Positions 38,201 to 46,493 of a stretch of 61,273 nt of DNA are shown here, one piece after another. Numbering within the stretch: position 1 is the first letter of the stretch; each line of letters starts with the position of its first letter. The translations under genes were made by a program, and so were the position numbers. The notes under the pieces are model-generated. The model had not been told where the DNA came from and made no database searches. It saw nothing but the letters and a program-made list of their open reading frames with translations. This stretch comes from a virus (lineage: Duplodnaviria > Caudoviricetes), in IMG/VR virus record IMGVR_UViG_3300032288_001098, positions 1 through 61,273 of that record. The stretch is one strand, 5' to 3'.

Positions 38201-40668
38201 TTACTTCCTTTCCTTGCAGCCTTTTGGGCGTCGAGTTGCATTGCCACTTGCGCCTTGTGCTTGGCGATTTCCACGCCGAGCTTGGCTCCTTCTGCCTGCT
38301 GGGACTTGGCAAGTTTGTCCCGAGCGGCGGCGGCATTTGCCGCAACCTGCATGGCCGCGATTTCTTTTTGCGCGGCGATTCGTGCCATCTCGATTTCGAT
38401 CTGGTCTGACTTGGCAGCGGCCTCCATAGCCTGCTTCTGGGCCTTGAGCTCCAAGTCCTTTTGTTTGAGCTGGAGCTCCTGCATCTGCATTTGGACCACG
38501 GGGTCCTGCATCTGCTGCATTGCCGCCGCCTGTTGGGCTTGGGCTTGGTTGCCGCTGACAATCTGCTGAGTCGCCTGCGCGGCCATCATGGCAATCTGGT
38601 TGGCCATCTCTGGCGGCAGGTTCTTCTGCTGCTCTTCGGACGGCAGCGGGGCACCCATGAGTTGCTCAACTTGCAGGCGGAACTTGAATCCAACGTGTTC
38701 GTTGATATGAGCCATGACGGCCCCAACAATCTGCTGGGCCATCGGGTTTTGCTGCAACAGCTGCTGCATGGCCGGGTCCTGCATAAACATCATGTGGACC
38801 GCAATATGGGCGTCATGGTTTTGCTCCACAAACGCCTTATTCTTCTTTCCATTCAAGAAGTTCTGGTTCTCCTGCACCGGATCAACCGGGGTTGCATCAT
38901 CCTCAATCGGCACCAGCTTGGCAGCGTTCTTGATGCCCAGCACCTCAATCATCTGCCGGTGCAGCAGGGGCAGGTCATACAACTGCGGGGCAGATTGGGC
39001 AAGTTGGAGAACTGCCTGATACTGCACGATCTTCTGCGCCATTGTGGCGGCGTTCGGGTCGGACACGGGGATGACATCCACCATGTCGTAGTCCATCCTG
39101 CGTGCCCTGCGGCTACCCTCGTAAGGCTGGTACTCGTACTCCTCGGGGCAGAAGTCGGCAATGATGGCCTTGAGCAGTTTAAACTCCTGCTTCATGGCGA
39201 AATGCAGGCGCGACTGAACGGCTGTCATCACCTTCAGGGTGCGCTCAAGAATGGCCAGCGTTGTACCCACCGGGGCCTGACTGGACATGTCAGAGACCTT
39301 CATGTCGCCCGACGAAGCAAAGGCGCGGCCCTCCTGAACAATCTGGTTAAACAGGGCGTAGAGAACTTGGCTGGGCTCTTTGTACGGCAGCGGCAGGATG
39401 TTGTCGCGTATCGAACCGGACGGAACATCCACATCTCTGAACTCTCCCGGAGCAATCGGGGTGTCATCTCCCTTGATGCGCAGACCCCGGCTTTTTAAAC
39501 CACCGGGCAGGTTTGACAGGGTTCCGGCATCCACCAATTGGCGGATAAGCATGGTTGCGCTCTTGGCGTAGCCACCAATCAGGTGGATCAAGCCGTAACC
39601 ATAGAAGCCAAAGCCCGGGATGTACTGGTAATGCACGAAGTGCTGACGCTTCATGTGAAGTTTGTCACCCTCGTACCAGTTGCGGCGGATCGCCAGAATT
39701 TTGCTGGTCCCCTTCTCAATGGTGACCACATACGGCAGGGCAATGCCCGTTTCTTCTCCTGCCTTGTTTGTATGCTCGTATCCCTTGAGGTCAAGGTTTA
39801 CATGCATTTCAAGGATGCGGAAGCGATCATCCTGAATGGCGGTCATGCCGGTTTCTTCGGCCTTTTGCTTCTCGATGTCATCGAGTTCGTATGTAGGCTC
39901 CCCCAAGTCCACATCCATATAGAAGCCAGCTTCTTGGAGCTTGAGAATCTCGTTGGGGGTCTTGCGCATAACATGCGTCACACGCTCTGCGGTCTCCAGA
40001 TTAGAGGCTCCATAAGGAACCACAATGTCTTCTGCGGGGATGAATACCGCAACCTGCCTGCCTTTGCTGGGGTCGTAGTAGACCTTTTTAAACGCTGAAC
40101 CTGTGATTGGCAGAGCCCACAGGAGTTTTTCATGCTCCGCCCGGTACTCAGTCATAACCTCCGTCAATTGGAAGTTCATGTCCTCCCGAACCCGGGTGGC
40201 AGCTTCTTCGCGCATTTTGTCGATGGCCCCAACAATCTGGGTCTTGACCGGCCCCATCGCGGGGAAGGTTTCCATCATGGACTCCGACTGGAATCGGACA
40301 ACGGACTCGGTGAGCATGGGGTGAAAGACCCCGCAGGCTCCGTTCCACGGCTCTGTGCGCTCTTCATATTTGAGGCCCAGCAGCTTTAAACCATCAACGT
40401 AGGTACGAACCCAATCGCGGCGGTCGCCAATATCTTGAGTGAAATCATCAATCAGCTCGGAACCCAGTGAGTCCAAGTCGCTGGGATTCATGTACTCCGC
40501 CAAGTTGGCATCAAAATCCTCGGCGGTTTCCGGGGCTGGCATCAGATCAATCTCCATGCCGTCAATCCCAATACTCACTGCGTCGGGATTCTCGATCTCA
40601 ATTTCAACCGCCGGGGCGACATCCATAATCCCAACGGGTGCGCCGTACAGAGCTTTATCAATTGCCAT
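38197..40668 (-). CDS. Portal protein
   Basis: 823 aa; GSAFKKVYYD, GFYGYGLIHLIG, Q-rich barrel C-terminus; near TerL. Confidence 0.88.
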   Translation of the reverse strand: MAIDKALYGAPVGIMDVAPAVEIEIENPDAVSIGIDGMEIDLMPAPETAEDFDANLAEYMNPSDLDSLGSELIDDFTQDIGDRRDWVRTYVDGLKLLGLKYEERTEPWNGACGVFHPMLTESVVRFQSESMMETFPAMGPVKTQIVGAIDKMREEAATRVREDMNFQLTEVMTEYRAEHEKLLWALPITGSAFKKVYYDPSKGRQVAVFIPAEDIVVPYGASNLETAERVTHVMRKTPNEILKLQEAGFYMDVDLGEPTYELDDIEKQKAEETGMTAIQDDRFRILEMHVNLDLKGYEHTNKAGEETGIALPYVVTIEKGTSKILAIRRNWYEGDKLHMKRQHFVHYQYIPGFGFYGYGLIHLIGGYAKSATMLIRQLVDAGTLSNLPGGLKSRGLRIKGDDTPIAPGEFRDVDVPSGSIRDNILPLPYKEPSQVLYALFNQIVQEGRAFASSGDMKVSDMSSQAPVGTTLAILERTLKVMTAVQSRLHFAMKQEFKLLKAIIADFCPEEYEYQPYEGSRRARRMDYDMVDVIPVSDPNAATMAQKIVQYQAVLQLAQSAPQLYDLPLLHRQMIEVLGIKNAAKLVPIEDDATPVDPVQENQNFLNGKKNKAFVEQNHDAHIAVHMMFMQDPAMQQLLQQNPMAQQIVGAVMAHINEHVGFKFRLQVEQLMGAPLPSEEQQKNLPPEMANQIAMMAAQATQQIVSGNQAQAQQAAAMQQMQDPVVQMQMQELQLKQKDLELKAQKQAMEAAAKSDQIEIEMARIAAQKEIAAMQVAANAAAARDKLAKSQQAEGAKLGVEIAKHKAQVAMQLDAQKAARKGSK

Positions 40669-40678
40669 GATGTGTCCT

Positions 40679-41098
40679 TTAAATAAGTTTTACGCGACCG
40701 CCTTTGCGGTACCCCTCGGGCATCTCCGAGGTTGGGAGGAATATGTCTTTGTCTTTGAGCCCCATGTCGCGGGCCGACTCCACAATTTGTAGGTATTTGT
40801 GCGCCCCAATGTCATGGGGTCTACTTGTAAGCAACTCTTTGAGGATGGGCAGGAACTTGGGGTTGTCCTTCCACTTTTTTGTGCCGCCACCTTGCCCAAC
40901 TGCGTCGTTGTAGCCAGAGACAATTGAAAACCCGCTGTCGGGGTTTGGGTCATATGAGCCGTCTTCCAAACCCTTATGGGTAACACGCACGGCTCCGATC
41001 TTGAGCAAGGCATCAAAGTTCAAAGGCCTGTAATCAACCTTCAGGTCTTGGTTGTCACTTGTCAAAGCCTTGTACTTCTCAAAATCTTTTATCGGCAT
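40679..41098 (-). CDS. Hypothetical protein inserted between TerL and portal
   Basis: GAGG RBS; ends YRKGGRVKLI. Confidence 0.6.
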   Translation of the reverse strand: MPIKDFEKYKALTSDNQDLKVDYRPLNFDALLKIGAVRVTHKGLEDGSYDPNPDSGFSIVSGYNDAVGQGGGTKKWKDNPKFLPILKELLTSRPHDIGAHKYLQIVESARDMGLKDKDIFLPTSEMPEGYRKGGRVKLI

Positions 41099-41105
41099 CA
41101 CAACC

Positions 41106-42620
41106 TCAAACTGTGTAAAACCGCTCTCTTGCGCGGCGACCTTTGAAATAAACCGGCTCATCCGGCTCATCGGTATCAATCGGGATGAATCCCCCCTGTC
41201 TGAAACGAAGCAGGGCCTGACTGGTCGAGTCAACAAGGTCATCATGGTCCCCGTTGGGGAAAGAGGCCAGTTCTTCCATCAGTTCATCAGCCCAGCGGGT
41301 CGCAGGACACCACACCACTCCAGAAGCAAACAGGTCAGAAATTGCGTTTACACGCGCAATCTTATCGCTTCCTTTGCTCGGTGTATATTCCGAAAGAGGG
41401 ATGCCCATCTGCCGCAACTCATAGATCAAAGGAGCGCCAGCGGCCTTCTTTTCCACAATCAGGGTGTCCGGGTTCCACTCCTTGAACATCTCAAACGCCT
41501 TTGATTTGAGTTCAGGGAACTCCAAACGGGCCTTGAAGCTGTCCAAAACGATGATGTTGGACTTGTAATTGCCCTTCTCATCAGGATGTTTAAACACCCC
41601 CCACGTTGTACAGGCGGAGTAGTCTGCGCGGTTGGATTTCTCAAAGGCGGTGTCCCAGCTTTGGATGATGTACTCACAAGAGGGGGGTGACTCATGGTCC
41701 CAAATGCGCCATTGGTCCCTCTTGATGATGGCCCCTTCCTCGGAGGTTGGGTTTTGCTGGTACTGGGCCTCCCACTTGGCCACTGGAAGTTCAGCTTTGA
41801 GGGCTTCCAGCTCCTCTTTCTTCCAAAATCCGGGCCAGAGGGGGTTGCCGGAGGGCAAAATGGCGGGAAATTCAATCACTTCCCACTCATCTGTGCCCCC
41901 TTTTTGACTGTTTTTGAGTATTTGGCCGGTCAGATCACGCTTTGCCCAGCGGGTCATCACAATGATGATCGCTCCCCCGGGCTGTAAACGCTGGCGCGGG
42001 CCGGATGTGTACCACTCATACACATTGTCATACACCGCAGGATTGCCCTGCTTGGCCTCTTGCTCCGAATGGGGGTCATCGATGATCAAAACATCGGCAC
42101 CCTTACCCGTAACGGCACCCCCAACACCGATAGCGAAGTAGTCGCCGCCCTTGTCGGTATTCCATCTGCCCGCCGCCTTTGAATCTGTGGACAACTTGGT
42201 CTCAAAAACCCGCCCGTAGGCTTCTGACTGCACCAGATTCCTCACCTTACGACCAAATCCAACAGCCAATTCTGCGGTGTGAGCGGTCTGAATGATCTTC
42301 TTTTCCGGGTACAAACCCAAAAACCAAGCCGGGAGGAGGTAGGAAGCAAACTCGGACTTGGTATGCCGGGGCGGCATATTGATGATCAACCGCTTCAACT
42401 CCCCACGGGCAACCCTCTCAAAGGCGTCAGCCATGATCTGGTGATGTTTACCCGAGATAAACCCCGGCCACATGTGAGAGACAAAGTAAATAAACGAACT
42501 TTTGCACCTCTCTACCCGGTCCATCTCCAAGAGCATCATGATCTTGGCCCGCTTGTCCTCATCCACCAGCGGGATCAGAGCCTTGTAGTTCTCTATCTCA
42601 TCACGGGTCAGTAACGTCAC
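41106..42620 (-). CDS. terL: Terminase large subunit
   Basis: NMPPRHTKS, LIIDDPH, MTRW, SWDTA, HDDLVDS; GTG start overlaps upstream stop. Confidence 0.95.
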   Translation of the reverse strand: MTLLTRDEIENYKALIPLVDEDKRAKIMMLLEMDRVERCKSSFIYFVSHMWPGFISGKHHQIMADAFERVARGELKRLIINMPPRHTKSEFASYLLPAWFLGLYPEKKIIQTAHTAELAVGFGRKVRNLVQSEAYGRVFETKLSTDSKAAGRWNTDKGGDYFAIGVGGAVTGKGADVLIIDDPHSEQEAKQGNPAVYDNVYEWYTSGPRQRLQPGGAIIIVMTRWAKRDLTGQILKNSQKGGTDEWEVIEFPAILPSGNPLWPGFWKKEELEALKAELPVAKWEAQYQQNPTSEEGAIIKRDQWRIWDHESPPSCEYIIQSWDTAFEKSNRADYSACTTWGVFKHPDEKGNYKSNIIVLDSFKARLEFPELKSKAFEMFKEWNPDTLIVEKKAAGAPLIYELRQMGIPLSEYTPSKGSDKIARVNAISDLFASGVVWCPATRWADELMEELASFPNGDHDDLVDSTSQALLRFRQGGFIPIDTDEPDEPVYFKGRRARERFYTV

Positions 42621-42853
42621 AAAGCAGCCACTTCCCTTACAGACCTGTCCACAACCTTGATCCCATTCCACCGAGTAGTTTTGACCGCCAAGTGGCCATC
42701 CTCCTCCAGCTTATGGACAATCCTGTGAATATTCGCCTTGGACTTCATCCCCAATCCCTTGGCAATCACCAAATACGACGGCGATACACCATGAATACGG
42801 ATGTACGCCTTGATGAAGTCATACACCAGCTTGTGCTTTTCTTGCATGCTCAT
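42617..42853 (-). CDS. LexA-type winged-HTH DNA-binding protein
   Basis: VYDFIK.YI..HGVSPSY..IAKGLGMKS..IHRIVHKLEE.G. Confidence 0.75.
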   Translation of the reverse strand: MSMQEKHKLVYDFIKAYIRIHGVSPSYLVIAKGLGMKSKANIHRIVHKLEEDGHLAVKTTRWNGIKVVDRSVREVAAL

Positions 42854-43013
42854 CCCTCATGTGAGTAATTGCAAACATCACAGCCTCAACATGCGCAACA
42901 CAATCCTGCGCCCTCTCTAAAGCCTCTTCATAGCTGCGTCCAAGCATGCACCGATGGACATCCTTCAAAGCCTTCTCGGCCATCATGCACGGGTATGCGT
43001 AGTCAATCAACAT
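42819..43013 (-). CDS. Hypothetical protein
   Basis: GGAGG RBS; DYAYPCMMAEKALK. Confidence 0.6.
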   Translation of the reverse strand: MLIDYAYPCMMAEKALKDVHRCMLGRSYEEALERAQDCVAHVEAVMFAITHMRDEHARKAQAGV

Positions 43014-43299
43014 GATCCACCTCCTAGCGAACGAAGTTTAAACGTGAAAGCGAACATTCGCAAGAGGGTCTCCAAAAAATATACACCCCCCGGGGTAGGC
43101 GATTTGGAAGCGATGGGGGTGCTTTATGGGGAAGGGGTAATCGTTTGTGTGGATTACAGCGTAAGCGTGGGCGGGGGGCCCCTTCGGCAAAATGGGGGGG
43201 TGGGGGGTCGCTCTGCCGCTCCTGCCGCCACGCTGATGCCACCTGCCCCCCTGCCGATAGCAGGCATCCCCTGATGACCGTTCCCCTCTGCGGATAGAG

Positions 43300-43962
43300 T
43301 CAGCCTGCCTTGATTGATTCGCGTCTGATAGGCTTGACGTTGTCCAGCAGGCGTAGGTGTCCAGACAGTTCCCGCTTCAGGTCTTCAGCCGACACCTTCT
43401 CACCCTTGGCATCATCCTCATGTTTAAACAACCCTGATGCCTTGCCGAGGAGTTCCAGTGCTTTGATTTTCGAGCCCTCTTGTTTGGCCTTTGCACTATG
43501 TTCAATCAACCCCCTGAGTACATACCGTCTTGTGGCAACCATGTCTTCCAGCAAGTGTTCCGTTGTCTGCTCGATGGCTTCCTTGACCACCGCTTGAACC
43601 TTCGGGTTCCGCGATAGCGACCATGCCGCCGCCTTAATTGATCTTTCATCTCCCTTGGCATCTGGGTACGCTTCTTTGTACGCTTGCAGTTGGGTTTTCC
43701 CCTCTATCAGACCCTGTGCGTACTTGAGTTGTTTTGCCGTTATTGGTCTCTCCCTCTGGCTCCCTACTGGTTGTCCGTCTGTTCTCCTCTTTGGTGCTTC
43801 TGCGTGGGCGGCTAACCGTTCCGCTTCGCTCAGTTCCGGGCCGCTGTCGGGGCCATCATCGACCGGCTCCATCAGTTCCCGCTCCGCTTCTTCCAGCGCC
43901 GCCATGTACTGTTCTTTGCTGATCTTCCCGGGCCTTGACCCATTGCCTGCCTGCTTGTCCAT
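43300..43962 (-). CDS. terS: Terminase small subunit
   Basis: TAKQ..Y..G..AYKEAY..A..L..NPKV..ALELLGK. Confidence 0.8.
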   Translation of the reverse strand: MDKQAGNGSRPGKISKEQYMAALEEAERELMEPVDDGPDSGPELSEAERLAAHAEAPKRRTDGQPVGSQRERPITAKQLKYAQGLIEGKTQLQAYKEAYPDAKGDERSIKAAAWSLSRNPKVQAVVKEAIEQTTEHLLEDMVATRRYVLRGLIEHSAKAKQEGSKIKALELLGKASGLFKHEDDAKGEKVSAEDLKRELSGHLRLLDNVKPIRRESIKAG

Positions 43963-44110
43963 GTGATTTCCTCCAGTACTGATGCTCCATACAGCATCGT
44001 TCGCCGTGCAGTCTATCTGAGCGGTTTAAACCCGTCAACCATACCTACCCCTTACCCTCTCCCCGATCTCGCCCCCTACGCAGGTCTGCAATGAATAAGT
44101 ACTACATAAC

Positions 44111-44204
44111 TTATCCACACAATTCACCGCCGCCTGTGGACAAGTCCCCATATCCACACTTGCCTGTGATCTGCCGTGGATAACTTAGTAAAACTTTTTT
44201 ATTG
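44111..44204. promoter_or_regulatory. Cluster of four DnaA-box-like motifs plus AT-rich tract (candidate origin)
   Basis: TTATCCACA 44111, TGTGGACAA 44135, ATATCCACA 44150, CGTGGATAA 44175, then an AT-rich run. Confidence 0.6.
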
Positions 44205-44389
44205 CAGACCATCCTCCCTGCCGTTTAAATATCCCCCATGCACCCTACCCCTACCCTGACCCCTTCAGCGCCTTGTAGACCCCTTTTCCCAGAACATGAC
44301 CCCCTCTAATAAGAGCGCCGAATCCACCCGGAGTGCTACGCACCCAGAACCCCCCGATCCAATAACCCTACGGTTTAGTCGGGAATGTA

Positions 44390-44419
44390 TTGACCCTGTT
44401 TACACGCTAGTGCTATGAT
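44390..44419 (+). promoter_or_regulatory. Early sigma70 promoter
   Basis: TTGACC-18 nt-TATGAT with TG extension. Confidence 0.65.
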
Positions 44420-44565
44420 GCGGCCATGCACTAGTGATAGTGCTTATGTGAACGGCCCACGATACGGTCGGTCTGAGGCGAAACCCGGAGGAAGTCCGGG
44501 AGCAAGTCAGACAGGGTTCAGCCCTGTACCAGTCCACCGTGACGGTAGATAAAACATCTCCCAAT

Positions 44566-44615
44566 AGATGCCAACGTGATGCCCTTTCCGAGGGCATTGC
44601 AGTGCCATCTGCACT
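44566..44615 (+). repeat. Intergenic hairpin element copy A
   Basis: AGATG..GTGATGCCCT-loop-AGGGCATTGC AGTGC CATCT GCACT. Confidence 0.8.
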
Positions 44616-44631
44616 TAACCCGGAGAAAACC

Positions 44632-44814
44632 ATGTACAACGTCCTTTTGATCAACGCCAGTGGCTACATCGTTGACCGCAACCACTTTGAAACAGTCACC
44701 GAGGCCCTAGCCCTTGCCGATGAATGGTCTACCGACTATCCCGGCCATGCAATTGACATCAAGTTTGTCCTGCCTGCCCGTGCGCCGACATGGACTGAAT
44801 TGACCCTCGCGTGA
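44632..44814 (+). CDS. Early hypothetical protein
   Basis: CCGGAG RBS and ATG. Confidence 0.65.
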   Translation: MYNVLLINASGYIVDRNHFETVTEALALADEWSTDYPGHAIDIKFVLPARAPTWTELTLA

Positions 44815-44864
44815 TTGCAGTCTGATGCCCTGCTTGTCTGGGCATTGGAGTGCCATCTTGCACT
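44812..44864 (+). repeat. Intergenic hairpin element copy B
   Basis: TGATTGCAG TCTGATGCCC-loop-GGGCATTGGA GTGCCATCTTGCACT. Confidence 0.75.
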
Positions 44865-44880
44865 GACCCGGAGAAACAAC

Positions 44881-45036
44881 ATGGAAACCCTGCTCAATAA
44901 ATACCGCGCCAACCCCACCGCCATCCGTCATGCCGCCGTGCTGACGTATCACCGCAAACACCCATTCGCTGAGTGCTTGCTTGGTGATGATGACCTTGCC
45001 CTGTTGCGCCGCCTGTGTGCATTCAAGCATGACTGA
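44881..45036 (+). CDS. Early hypothetical protein
   Basis: CCGGAG RBS; stop codon lies inside the hammerhead core. Confidence 0.65.
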   Translation: METLLNKYRANPTAIRHAAVLTYHRKHPFAECLLGDDDLALLRRLCAFKHD

Positions 45037-45078
45037 TGAGGCTTAAATAGCCGAAACCCCCGCGAGGGGGTCTCATGC
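45027..45078 (+). ncRNA. Type I hammerhead ribozyme (predicted cleavage 3' of C45072)
   Basis: GCAUGA-CUGAUGA-GGCU/UAAAU/AGCC-GAA-ACCCCC/GCGA/GGGGGU-C-UCAUGC: complete core and three stems. Confidence 0.93.
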
Positions 45079-45096
45079 AACCACCGGAGAGAAACC

Positions 45097-45384
45097 ATGA
45101 CCATCGAATTGACAACCCTCGCCGATGTACTGAAAACATGGGCATTGCCCGAATTGAAGGATGCCCAGAAAGCATTCAACAAACACCCCAATGGGGTGAA
45201 TTGGAACCGCTGTTTGAGGGCAATGCTGACCTATCAGCAACTGGAATTTGCCCTGCGGTCTTCCACCGTGGACAGGGAAAAACTGATGTTTGATCTTGAG
45301 TCAAACTCCCTCGGGCATTGGCAAGATGCTGTTTGCCGAGCAACCATGCGCATGACCTGCGCCCATGCCCTGCGGAACATTTAA
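45097..45384 (+). CDS. Early hypothetical protein (paralog of 45728-46033)
   Basis: RBS; shared K.F.K.P..W..YQQ..W.D..C..ALR pattern. Confidence 0.7.
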   Translation: MTIELTTLADVLKTWALPELKDAQKAFNKHPNGVNWNRCLRAMLTYQQLEFALRSSTVDREKLMFDLESNSLGHWQDAVCRATMRMTCAHALRNI

Positions 45385-45406
45385 ACCAACTGAGAGGAAA
45401 ACCACC

Positions 45407-45661
45407 ATGAAAATCACCGTTTACACAGACCCCGGTCACGGTTGGGGTGCAGTCAAACGTCAACTGCTTGCCGATCTGGGGATCGCCGACAAGGTCTCCA
45501 CGTATTCATACCAGCGGGGCCAGACGGTCTACCTTGAGGAGGACTGCGACCTGTCCCTGCTGATCGGGGCACTGCGTGACCGGGGCATAACCCCCGTGTT
45601 TGCCGAGCGGCACACAGACCGCCGCAGTCCGATCCGATCCTATGACACCTATCACGCCTGA
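45407..45661 (+). CDS. Conserved early phage protein
   Basis: TDPGHGW..S.YSY..YLEEDCD motif. Confidence 0.75.
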   Translation: MKITVYTDPGHGWGAVKRQLLADLGIADKVSTYSYQRGQTVYLEEDCDLSLLIGALRDRGITPVFAERHTDRRSPIRSYDTYHA

Positions 45662-45711
45662 TTCCACCGTGATGCACCCTGCCCCGGGTGCATTGCAGTG
45701 CAATCCGCACT
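45659..45711 (+). repeat. Intergenic hairpin element copy C
   Basis: TGATTCCACC GTGATGCACCC-loop-GGGTGCATTGC AGTGC AATCC GCACT. Confidence 0.85.
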
Positions 45712-45727
45712 TAACCGGAGACCTTCC

Positions 45728-46033
45728 ATGCAAACCACTGACCTCGACTCTGCCGCTGTCATTGCAACCCTCAAGGCTGAAGCCCGAAAGGCCAGCAAGA
45801 ACTTCATCAAGACCCCCCACGCAAATCGGTGGTTCGATATGACCGGAACCGCCTTTGTGTATCAGCAAGCCTACCTCTTCTTCAACAGTTTTACCCGTAG
45901 TCCCCGCGACAAGTTCGCCCTGCTTGCCCTGTTGGCGACCGAGCCGATTGACAACTGGGGTGATGTAATTTGCAACTTCGTGCTTGGCGTGTCTCTCGCC
46001 GAGGCCCTGCGTGAGTTTGCAACCTTCCCCTGA
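45728..46033 (+). CDS. Early hypothetical protein (paralog of 45097-45384)
   Basis: CCGGAG RBS; pattern shared with 45097-45384. Confidence 0.7.
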   Translation: MQTTDLDSAAVIATLKAEARKASKNFIKTPHANRWFDMTGTAFVYQQAYLFFNSFTRSPRDKFALLALLATEPIDNWGDVICNFVLGVSLAEALREFATFP

Positions 46034-46080
46034 TTCCACCGTGATGCCCATTCTGTGGGCATTGCAGTGCAATCCGCACT
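46031..46080 (+). repeat. Intergenic hairpin element copy D
   Basis: TGATTCCACC GTGATGCCCA-TTCTG-TGGGCATTGC AGTGC AATCC GCACT. Confidence 0.85.
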
Positions 46081-46096
46081 TCACTGGAGAAGACAA

Positions 46097-46453
46097 ATGA
46101 ACTACAAGACACAAGCACAAGCCGCCCTCTCAGGCATCAAGCAACTTGGCATTCTGGGCGATGCCATCCGGGCCAAGGAAACTGGCGACATGGGCGGTTT
46201 GGCCTACATCGTTGGCATGGCTCTCAACACCGGTGACTCCGTCAAGTGGGGCCTGCTGTTCGCCGTTGGGGATGAACTCGATGCCATCAAGTTGCAGGCA
46301 GAGATCGATGCCATCGATGCCATGCGTGAGCGAATCGCCTACCTCGAAAGAAAAAGCGAGGCAATGTGGCTTGAAGATCAAGACAACGATGCGTGGGAGC
46401 GAGAGCAAGCCCATGTCCGGTACGCCGAGGCTGGCGGTCGCAAGCACAACTGA
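46097..46453 (+). CDS. Early hypothetical protein
   Basis: GGAG RBS; stop codon inside the second hammerhead core. Confidence 0.7.
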   Translation: MNYKTQAQAALSGIKQLGILGDAIRAKETGDMGGLAYIVGMALNTGDSVKWGLLFAVGDELDAIKLQAEIDAIDAMRERIAYLERKSEAMWLEDQDNDAWEREQAHVRYAEAGGRKHN

Positions 46454-46493
46454 TGAGACCTGAATGGTCGAAACCCCTTCGGGGGTCTTGTGC
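46444..46493 (+). ncRNA. Type I hammerhead ribozyme (predicted cleavage 3' of C46487)
   Basis: GCACAA-CUGAUGA-GACC/UGAAU/GGUC-GAA-ACCCC/UUCG/GGGGU-C-UUGUGC. Confidence 0.93.

Noticed and set aside
1985-43966. Numerous long antisense or alternate-frame ORFs (e.g. 38461-39498, 34629-35459, 18554-19333)
   Set aside because: Shadows of GC-rich coding genes; no motifs recognised
44566-46493. Repeats separated by unique sequence read as a CRISPR array or integron attC array
   Set aside because: The spacers are whole genes with RBSs, the repeats vary in length, attC R-box ends were not seen, and no cas1 or integron integrase is present
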